Shown: positions 7,008-13,944 of the stretch, piece after piece
Position numbering within the stretch: position 1 is the stretch's first letter
Layout: the number at the start of each line of letters is the position of its first letter
Source of the DNA: Candidatus Methylomirabilia bacterium
GTDB taxonomy: Bacteria; Methylomirabilota; Methylomirabilia; Rokubacteriales; CSP1-6
Direction of reading: 5' to 3'
Length of the DNA stretch: 13,944 nt
Assembly: GCA_041497895.1 (NCBI GenBank)
Contig: JBGQHJ010000128.1
Location: forward strand, 1 to 13,944
Program-made: the position numbers and the translations under genes
The notes under the pieces: generated by a model
Database searches by the model: none
Told to the model about the DNA's origin: nothing
The model's input: the letters and a program-made list of their open reading frames with translations, nothing else

Positions 7008-8666
7008 ATGAGACGCTCGAAGCGGTTCGCTCCCGTCCTGCTCCTGCTCGCCGTCTGCCCCGCGCTGGCGTGGGCGCAGACCTCCGGCGATACGAGCCGG
7101 AACGCCGGAGTCGTGACAACGCTGGCCGGCAACGCGACGGTGGCCAGGGCCTCCCTGCCCGGACCGCAGCCGCTCCGCTTTAAGGATGCCGTCTTCCTTC
7201 GTGACCGCATCTCGACCGCCGAGCGGTCGATCGTACGCGTGCTGCTCGGCGGCAAGGCCCTCGTCACCGTGCGCGAGCTGTCGGCCCTTACCATCACCGA
7301 GAACACCGGCCGCTCCATCATCGACCTGTCGTCAGGCAAGATCGCGATGGGCGTCCTGCGGCAACGGATGCGGCCTGGCGAGGTGATCGAGATCCGGACC
7401 CCGAACGCCATCGCGGCGATCCGGGGCACCGTGCTCGTAGTGGAGCTGATCCCCGAGTCGGGCGGATCGGACGGGGCTCCGCGCTACACGACCAAGGTCC
7501 ACGTCCTCCACGGGCTGGTCGAGGTGTCCGATCCGAACAACCCGGGTGCCCCGCCGCAGCAGGTCGGGACGCTCGAGACCTGGAGCCGGACCGGCGGCGA
7601 ACCATTCTCACTTGTGCCCCTGTCGCCGAGCGCCGCCCAGCAGGTCCTCGCTGACCTCCGCTCCAGGCCTCAGTTCGCCCAGGGGCCGAACGAGTTCGTG
7701 AGCGCTGTGACCTCGCGCGAGCAGGCCCGAGCCGTCGCGGTGGCGGAATTCCTCGCTTCCGAGGCAGCCGGGGCCGGAAGTGGCGGCGAAGGTGGTGGCA
7801 GCACGGTCCCGCACACGTGGAGCAGCAGCACTCCGAACAACACCGACGTCCCTATAATTCCCACCGTCCCGCTCACGAGCCCCTCGACTACGGGCGGTAC
7901 CGCGACCGTCACCGGCACGAGCCTCCTCAGTATGAACGGAGGCAACGTCACTCTGAACGGCAGCTCCAGCCCTGTGTTCAGCAACGTCGGCGGGATCGTC
8001 GACCTGAGCAGCGACGCCCTCCGGCTGACCGGCACGACTCTTCTCACACTGGGCAGTGCGCCGCCAATCGTGAATCTTGACGGAACCACCTTCAGGACCG
8101 CGGGCAGTTTCGTGAACGGCGACTCCCTCACCGCGCTCCTCGCGGCGACCGCGCCGCTCGTGAACCTCATCGGCCGGGCGGATCTCGCTTCGGCGGGTGA
8201 CCTCGTCAAGCTGTCCGGGAATTCGGCGGTCGTGAGCCTCGGTCAGCTCGCGGCCCTCACGACGAGTAGCATCACGGTGAGAAGCGGTGCCGTCCTGAGT
8301 CTGGCCGGCTCCAGTGGCATGGTGATCGCTGGCGATCTCTTCAGACTCAGCGCCGGTAGCAATCTCATCGTCGCAAACGGGCCGCTGCTCAGCCTCACGG
8401 GAAACTCCAGCCTGTTCGTCACCGGTGCCCTTGTCAGCTTCGGGGGGGTTGGAAGCACACTGTCGATCACGAACAGCCTCTGCGCCGGGGGCGGCTGCAC
8501 GACAGTTGGGGGCTTGCCGGTCTTTCTGTCCGGCGGAGGGTCATTCAGCGTTTCGAGCAACGGCAGCCCGGTCAAGAATCTGGCCGGGAACAACCTCAGC
8601 ATCACGCCCGGCTCCGCCGTGATCAGCGTCAGCGGTACTGCTCAAGCCACGGTTCTCGGGCACTAG
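7008..8666 (+). CDS. Secreted FecR-domain protein 2: signal peptide, FecR domain, Ser/Thr/Gly linker, beta-solenoid-like C-terminal region
   Basis: GGAGG at 6991 and 7001 (alternative start GTG 6999); signal peptide ending ALAWA|QTS; FecR domain colinear with gene 1 (RDRIST..VRVLLGGKA..TVRELS..EIRTPNAIAAIRGT); C-terminal region homologous to gene 1 from ALLAATAPL onward. Confidence 0.85.
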   Translation: MRRSKRFAPVLLLLAVCPALAWAQTSGDTSRNAGVVTTLAGNATVARASLPGPQPLRFKDAVFLRDRISTAERSIVRVLLGGKALVTVRELSALTITENTGRSIIDLSSGKIAMGVLRQRMRPGEVIEIRTPNAIAAIRGTVLVVELIPESGGSDGAPRYTTKVHVLHGLVEVSDPNNPGAPPQQVGTLETWSRTGGEPFSLVPLSPSAAQQVLADLRSRPQFAQGPNEFVSAVTSREQARAVAVAEFLASEAAGAGSGGEGGGSTVPHTWSSSTPNNTDVPIIPTVPLTSPSTTGGTATVTGTSLLSMNGGNVTLNGSSSPVFSNVGGIVDLSSDALRLTGTTLLTLGSAPPIVNLDGTTFRTAGSFVNGDSLTALLAATAPLVNLIGRADLASAGDLVKLSGNSAVVSLGQLAALTTSSITVRSGAVLSLAGSSGMVIAGDLFRLSAGSNLIVANGPLLSLTGNSSLFVTGALVSFGGVGSTLSITNSLCAGGGCTTVGGLPVFLSGGGSFSVSSNGSPVKNLAGNNLSITPGSAVISVSGTAQATVLGH

Positions 8667-8677
8667 CCCGAGCGGTC

Positions 8678-10339
8678 CTAGTACTGCCAGGACAGGGTCA
8701 GCGACCAGACGTTCCGGTTGAAGGCGTACACCGCGAGGTTGGAATCCGCGATGGTCCGCTGGTACTCGGCGGCGAGGGTGAGCGGGCAGGGCGCGTTCGT
8801 CGCGCAGCCGATCGAAGTCGGCCCCAGGTTCTTGGCGAGCACCTGCTCGATGCGGAAGACGTGGTTCTGCTCGAGATCCTCGCGCTCCCGCGTGCTCGGG
8901 TTGACCGCCGGCAGCAGCGTGTCGGCGTGCAGGTAGTGGCGCTGGTGCAGGTCGAAGTCGTACTTGAGCCGCGTCGACCCCCACGGTAGCGTGTACTGCC
9001 CGCCGGCCAGGAAGCGGTTGCCCGCGTAGGTGTAGTTGCGACCGTCCGCCTTCTCGTAATCGAACTGATAGCCCACCCGGATGTAGTGCCGGTCCTCCGC
9101 GAAGCGGAACACGTGCGTGCCCCCGATCATCCAGTTCCGCGCGTCGCGATCCTCGTCCCGGAGCTGACCCGGAGTGGCGTAGAAGTCCTTGTTCTGGAAC
9201 CGGGCCAGTAGCGTGGTGAGGTTGCTCTTGTTCTCCACCAGCGTTCCGAACAGCGTGGCGGTGTGCCGCTGCAGGAAGTCGTCTCCCCCGAGCGAGAGAT
9301 AGTCCCACGAGTACTGCGCGCCCACCTGGAACGGCATGGAGCCGATGGCCGCGCGGTAGGACAGCGCCCCCGCGACGAGGTGGTTCTGCACGTTGAAGGA
9401 CGGCAGCCGGTTGTCGTACGTCTGGAAGAACGAGTACGTGACCGTCGACTCCCAGGGCCCGCGACGGAGCCACGCATAGTCGAGGCGCAGCGCCGCCAGC
9501 TCACCCGGAGTCGCCGTCTTGCGGCCCCGCAGCGATTCCGCGGTCGGGTCGTGGCTCGGCTGCGGCACCACCGCCACGTTGCTGTCGTAGAGGAAGCCCA
9601 CCCGCACCTCGGCGTGGAAGCGCCGCTCCGCCTCGCGGGCCGAGGCCAGGGTGTCGCGGATCCGCTCGGCCGGGCCGGTGAGGGACGAGCCGGTCTGCAG
9701 CTTCAGGGCCGCGTCCACCTCGGCCACCGCCTGCTCGGGCAGCCCCAGGATGGCCAGGGTCAGCCCCGAGTAGAACTTCACCAGCTGCTGGATGTTCGGA
9801 TTCTTGGAGGTCTCGGCCCGGAAGGCCTTGAGCGCTCCCTGGTAGTCCTTCTTCCGGTACCGGATCAGGCCGACGTAGTAGCCGATCCCCTCGGTCTGGG
9901 GCCGCTCGTTCAGCACCTGGGTCAGCGGAGCCTCGGCCTGGTCGTAGCGCTCCAGCGCGAAGTAGGCCACGCCCAGGAGGAACAGGATCGACTGGTCGCG
10001 CGGCGCCCGGGCCCGCGCCTTCTCGAGCACCTCGACCGCCTGCTCGGTCTTCTGCTGCGCCATCAGGACCAGGCCGCTGTAGTAGAGCGCCTCGACGTTG
10101 TTCGGGTCCTGGGCCAGGGCCTCCTTGAGGAGCGAGAGGGCCTCGTCGTAGCGCCGGGCGTCGTAGGCGAGGATGGCCTGGGCCACGAAGACGTCGGCCT
10201 CGGATTGCTGCGCCGCCGCCGGCCCCGCCGCCCCCACCAGCAGCGTCGCGTTGACGACGAGAAGGTCCAGCACGAGCAGCAGCGCCAGGGTGGCGCGCCG
10301 CGTCCGGGCGGGGTCGAGGCGATCGAGGAGCGTGCTCAT
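8678..10339 (-). CDS. TPR + outer-membrane beta-barrel protein, Slam/DUF560 (type XI secretion translocon)-like
   Basis: Signal peptide ending PAAA|QQS; ~4-5 TPR motifs (YDEALSLLKEALAQDPNNVEALYYSG...); barrel from FHAEVRVGFLYDSNV to AEYQRTIADSNLAVYAFNRNVWSLTLSWQY with ~14 amphipathic strands counted by eye and a terminal aromatic residue. Start taken as ATG 10339. Confidence 0.8.
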   Translation of the reverse strand: MSTLLDRLDPARTRRATLALLLVLDLLVVNATLLVGAAGPAAAQQSEADVFVAQAILAYDARRYDEALSLLKEALAQDPNNVEALYYSGLVLMAQQKTEQAVEVLEKARARAPRDQSILFLLGVAYFALERYDQAEAPLTQVLNERPQTEGIGYYVGLIRYRKKDYQGALKAFRAETSKNPNIQQLVKFYSGLTLAILGLPEQAVAEVDAALKLQTGSSLTGPAERIRDTLASAREAERRFHAEVRVGFLYDSNVAVVPQPSHDPTAESLRGRKTATPGELAALRLDYAWLRRGPWESTVTYSFFQTYDNRLPSFNVQNHLVAGALSYRAAIGSMPFQVGAQYSWDYLSLGGDDFLQRHTATLFGTLVENKSNLTTLLARFQNKDFYATPGQLRDEDRDARNWMIGGTHVFRFAEDRHYIRVGYQFDYEKADGRNYTYAGNRFLAGGQYTLPWGSTRLKYDFDLHQRHYLHADTLLPAVNPSTREREDLEQNHVFRIEQVLAKNLGPTSIGCATNAPCPLTLAAEYQRTIADSNLAVYAFNRNVWSLTLSWQY

Positions 10340-10472
10340 CGGGCCGTGGGACCGGACCGAGCCGGCCGTCACGTGAGCCGCTACTCTACCTAGAAGGCCC
10401 CCGGATAGTCCAATTTTCCCGGTCCGGGCGAAAGGACTGGCGCGGGGCGTCATCCCTCAGTAAGGTGAACCG

Positions 10473-11933
10473 ATGGGCACCCCCTCCCCCGACTGGGCGG
10501 GTCTCGGCCAGGCCATTGCGGCCCGCCGACGGCCCATCGTGGAGGGCCTGGCCGACTTCCTCCGGCTCGACACGGTCAGCCAGAAACCCGACCGGGTCCG
10601 GGCGGGAGCCGAGTGGCTCACCTGGGCCATGCAGGCGCGCGGGCTCGAGGCCCGGATCATGGAGACGGGAGGTAACCCCGCGGTTTACGGAGCCCTTCCC
10701 GCTCCGGCAGCCACGACCACCGTCCTCATCTACTGTCACTACGACGTCAAGCCTGCCCCGCCCGTCGGCTGGCTCCAGCCGTCGCCGTTCGAGCCCGTCC
10801 TCCGGGCCGGCACCGCCGAGGAGGGCGCGCCCGTGCTGGCCCTCGGGGCCGTGGCAGACCAGGCGCTGCCCGCTCATCGCCTATACGGCCGCGGCGCCTC
10901 CGACGACAAGGGCCCGATCTGGGCGCACCTCACCGCGGTCGAGCTCATGCGGGCGCGCGGGATCGCCCCCCGGGTCGCGGTGAAGTTCATCTTCGACGGC
11001 GAGGAGGAAATGGGCAGCCAGCACTTCGGCCCCTTTACCGAGCAGCACCGGGGCCTGCTGGCCGCCGACCTCGTCCTCGTCACGGACGGGCCCAAGGACG
11101 CGAGCGGCCGCCCCACCGTGGCCTTCGGCGCGCGCGGGATCCTCTCCCTCGAGCTCACGCTCGAGTCGGCGCGGCGCGACGTCCACTCGGGCAACTTCAG
11201 CGTCCCCAATCCGGCATGGCGCCTGGTGGGGCTGCTCGCGTCCATGGCCGCGCCCGACGGCACGCCGCTCGTGGAGGGTCTGGAGGACGGAGTGGTCCCG
11301 CCCACTCCGGCCGAGCGCGATCTGATGGGGCGCATCCCGCTCGACCGGGCCAGCATCGAGAAGGAGCTGGGGGTCGCGCTGCCTCCGGAATATCTCGAGC
11401 GCCTCATGTTCCGCTCCACCCTGACCATCCGCGGGCTCACGAGCGGCTTCACGGGCCAGGAGGCGCAGACCATCATCCCGCACCGGGCCACGGTGGCCTT
11501 CGATGCGCGCCTCGTGAAGAACCAGCGGGTAGAGACGGTGTACCGCCGCATCCTCGAGCACATCCGGGGGCAGGGCTTCACGGTCATCGAGTCGGCGGAC
11601 GCGCCGATCCCCGACGACCTGCGCGGCCGCGCGATCCGGGTGGTGGAGCGACGCGGCTACGACCCGGCCAAGACCTCGGCGGACCTGCCCATCTCCCGCC
11701 GGGTGATCGAGTCGGTGGAGGGCGCCCACGGCGGCGAGCCCGCGGTCGTGCTCCCCACCATGGGCGGCAGCGTGCCGCTCTGGGCCTTCACGGACATCCT
11801 GCAGCGGCCGACCATCGTGGTGCCGTACGCCAACGCCAACAACCGGCAGCACAGCCCCAACGAGCACCTGCGTCTGGACCACCTCTACCAGGGCGTGCTC
11901 ACCACCGCGCGTCTCCTGCACGACCTCGGCTAG
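10473..11933 (+). CDS. M20/M25/M40 family metallohydrolase (ArgE/DapE/dipeptidase-like)
   Basis: Motifs YCHYDV, YGRGASDDKG, DGEEE, VTDG, HSGN, QHSPNEH; AAGGTG before the ATG. Confidence 0.92.
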   Translation: MGTPSPDWAGLGQAIAARRRPIVEGLADFLRLDTVSQKPDRVRAGAEWLTWAMQARGLEARIMETGGNPAVYGALPAPAATTTVLIYCHYDVKPAPPVGWLQPSPFEPVLRAGTAEEGAPVLALGAVADQALPAHRLYGRGASDDKGPIWAHLTAVELMRARGIAPRVAVKFIFDGEEEMGSQHFGPFTEQHRGLLAADLVLVTDGPKDASGRPTVAFGARGILSLELTLESARRDVHSGNFSVPNPAWRLVGLLASMAAPDGTPLVEGLEDGVVPPTPAERDLMGRIPLDRASIEKELGVALPPEYLERLMFRSTLTIRGLTSGFTGQEAQTIIPHRATVAFDARLVKNQRVETVYRRILEHIRGQGFTVIESADAPIPDDLRGRAIRVVERRGYDPAKTSADLPISRRVIESVEGAHGGEPAVVLPTMGGSVPLWAFTDILQRPTIVVPYANANNRQHSPNEHLRLDHLYQGVLTTARLLHDLG

Positions 11934-13225
11934 CAGGTTGCTGAAAAACCCGACATTGGATGGCGGGTCGGCATGAGAGTTCGGCTACGATGCGCGTAAC
12001 TCTTCTCGAGGAGGCGCGCATGCGCGGCGACGACGAGCAGCAGGCCTCGGTGTGGAGCTACATCCCCCTGGAGCAGCGGGTGCCGGCCGACCATCCCCTG
12101 CGGTCCATGCGGATGATGGTCGACGAGGTCCTGCGGGACATGTCGCCGCAGTTCACCCGGCTCTACGCGAAGGTCGGCCGGCCGTCGATCGCCCCGGAGC
12201 GGCTGCTGCGCGCCCTGCTGCTCCAGATCCTCTACAGCGTGCGAAGCGAGCGCCTGCTGATGGAGCAGCTCGACTACAACCTGCTCTTTCGCTGGTTCGT
12301 GGGGCTCAGCGCCGACGACCCGATCTGGGACGCCACCGTGTTCACCAAGAACCGGCAGCGACTGCTGGAGGGTGACATCGCCCGGGCCTTCTTCGACCGC
12401 GTGGTGGCGCAGGCCCGGCAGCGCGAGCTGCTCTCGGACGAGCATTTCACGGTCGACGGCACCCTCATCGAGGCGTGGGCCAGCCTGAAGAGTTTCAAGC
12501 CGAAGGGGATGCCCCCGGCGCCGCCGCCCGATGACCCCGGCAATCCGACCGTGAACTTCCATGGCGAGCGCCGGAGCAACGCCACCCACGCCTCCACCAC
12601 GGATCCTGACGCCCGGCTCTTTCGCAAGGGGGACGCCCACGAGGCCAAGCTCTACTACCAGGGGCACGTGCTCATGGAGAACCGCCATGGGCTCGCCGTG
12701 GACGGCAGCCTGACGCCGGCCACGGGCTTCGCGGAGCGGGACCAGGCGCTGGCGATGGCCACCCGGCTGCCCGCCCGCGCCACCCTGGGCGCGGACAAGA
12801 GCTATGACACCCGGGACTTCGTCGACGCCCTCCGCGGGCTCGCGGTGACCCCGCACATCGCGCAGCACACCACGCACCGGCGGAGTACGCTCGATCGCCG
12901 CACCACGCGGCACGCCGGCTACCAAGCGAGCCAACGACACCGCAAGCGGATCGAGGAGATCTTCGGCTGGCTCAAGATGATCGGCCTGTTGCGCAAGACC
13001 CGCCATCGGGGCGTCGCCCGCGTGGGCTGGATGTTTACCTTTGGACTGGCCGTCTACAACCTGGTTCGGCTGCGGCGGCTCGTGGCGCAGCCGACATGAG
13101 CCCCCGCGCTCGCCATTCCCGGCTCGCCGCTGCGGCGTTCGGACCGGGTCAAGCCCGCGAGACGAGCTAACCCCGACCCGAATGTGGACAGAGATGCGCA
13201 GTTCACCTAGTTTTTCCGTAGCCTG
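11934..13225 (+). mobile_element. IS5-family insertion sequence, complete (1292 bp)
   Basis: IRL CAGGTTGCTGAAAAAC (11934-11949) and IRR GTTTTTCCGTAGCCTG (13210-13225) match at 13/16; CTAG direct repeats at 11930-11933 and 13226-13229. Confidence 0.93.
12020..13099 (+). CDS. IS5-family DDE transposase
   Basis: SD GAGGAGG before ATG 12020; MRGDDEQQ...EQRVPADHPLR...GRPSIAPERLLRALLLQ..YSVRSER; catalytic-region motifs VDGT, GADKSYD, RKRIEEIFGWLK. Confidence 0.93.
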   Translation: MRGDDEQQASVWSYIPLEQRVPADHPLRSMRMMVDEVLRDMSPQFTRLYAKVGRPSIAPERLLRALLLQILYSVRSERLLMEQLDYNLLFRWFVGLSADDPIWDATVFTKNRQRLLEGDIARAFFDRVVAQARQRELLSDEHFTVDGTLIEAWASLKSFKPKGMPPAPPPDDPGNPTVNFHGERRSNATHASTTDPDARLFRKGDAHEAKLYYQGHVLMENRHGLAVDGSLTPATGFAERDQALAMATRLPARATLGADKSYDTRDFVDALRGLAVTPHIAQHTTHRRSTLDRRTTRHAGYQASQRHRKRIEEIFGWLKMIGLLRKTRHRGVARVGWMFTFGLAVYNLVRLRRLVAQPT

Positions 13226-13246
13226 CTAGCGCGGGGCGGGGTTCGG

Positions 13247-13944
13247 TCAGACAGGGCGGTCGGCGGGCAGCTCGGCCGCGGCAGCCCGGTCCAGCATCCA
13301 CACCAGCCGACCCGCCTCTGGAGCCACCAGCTGGACGGGCAGCCGCTCCGGCTCACGGGTGCCCAGGAGCGCCTCCCGGAGCACGCCGGCCTTGTCGGTT
13401 CCGGTGACCAGCAGGCGGACCTCGGCGGCCCGGTTTAGGATGGGGGCGTCATCGTGATCCGGGCCTTGCCGAGCCGCGCCACGTGGTGGCCAACCACCCA
13501 CCGCTTCCTCTCGGTCAGCGCCTGGCTGTACGGGAAGAGCGACGCGGTGTGCCCGTCCGGTCCCATGCCCAGCAGCACCAAGTCGAAGATCGGCGGGAGG
13601 GCGTCCGACGCCGACGAGAACACACGCGCGAGCTCGTCCTGGTAGCGGCGAGCCGCCTCCTCCGGATCCGGCAGCTCTCCCTGGATGCGATGCACCCGCT
13701 CGGGGGCGATGTCGAGCGGAAGCAGCAGCGCGGCGGCCGCCGCGCCGTAGTTCGAATCGGCGTGATCGGGGCCCACCGCACGCTCGTCGCCCCAGAAGAA
13801 CTCCACGCGATCCCACTCGAGCCGGGCCCATCGGGGTGCCTCGCTCAGGATCTCGTACATGCGGCGGGGCGTCGACCCGCCCGAGAGCGCCACGCAGAAG
13901 CGCCCGCGGGCCGCGATCGCGGCGCGCGCCACCTCGACGAGGTC
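13247..13944 (-). CDS. pgl: 6-phosphogluconolactonase, 5' end outside window, one frameshift at G5 run 13442-13446
   Basis: VALSGGSTP, FWGDERAV...SNY, DLVLLGMGPDGHTASLFP, RITMTPP in one frame; ILNRAAEVRLLVTGTDKA...LPVQLV...WMLDRAAA* in another. Adding one C to CCCCC joins them. Confidence 0.9.
   Translation of the reverse strand, partial: PRRGGARRDRGPRALLRGALGRVDAPPHVRDPERGTPMGPARVGSRGVLLGRRACGGPRSRRFELRRGGRRAAASARHRPRAGASHPGRAAGSGGGGSPLPGRARACVLVGVGRPPADLRLGAAGHGTGRAHRVALPVQPGADREEAVGGWPPRGAARQGPDHDDAPILNRAAEVRLLVTGTDKAGVLREALLGTREPERLPVQLVAPEAGRLVWMLDRAAAAELPADRPV

Noticed and set aside
3820..8666. Classical FecI/FecR/FecA iron signalling, or autotransporters
   Set aside because: No cytoplasmic anti-sigma domain, ECF sigma or TonB receptor in the window; no C-terminal translocator barrel or terminal aromatic residue on either protein.
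10283..10306. Twin-arginine signal (RTRRATL) on the barrel protein, and MRRSKRF on FecR protein 2
   Set aside because: Poor match to S/T-R-R-x-F-L-K; Arg pairs are common in high-GC proteins, so no link to the nearby tat gene can be supported.
10340..10453. Longer start of the barrel gene at ATG 10453
   Set aside because: It would bury the signal peptide and spans the AT-richer divergent promoter region (possible -10 TAGAGT at 10388-10383).

Overview
High-GC bacterial DNA; the gene style suggests Rokubacteria/Methylomirabilota, which is inference only. From left to right: the end and transposase N-terminus of an IS1202/ISNCY-type element (minus strand, cut by the window edge); a GAF + HD-GYP cyclic-dinucleotide phosphodiesterase with an apparently leaderless promoter; and a minus-strand cluster of tatB-like gene (fused to an Ada-type Zn-binding domain), lexA (TCAAC-N4-GTTGA palindrome in its promoter) and a small Arg-rich membrane protein. 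Next come two secreted FecR-domain proteins with constant N- and C-termini and swapped central domains, separated by a 5'-truncated third copy. A sigma54 promoter and a duplicated bipartite upstream element lie in that interval. A convergent TPR + ~14-strand beta-barrel protein resembles Slam/DUF560 (type XI secretion). The window ends with an M20 metallohydrolase, a complete IS5-family element with a CTAG target duplication, and a partial pgl with a homopolymer frameshift. Best novelty candidates: the FecR/beta-solenoid + Slam-like export module, and the tatB-Ada / lexA / small membrane protein locus with a candidate new SOS box.
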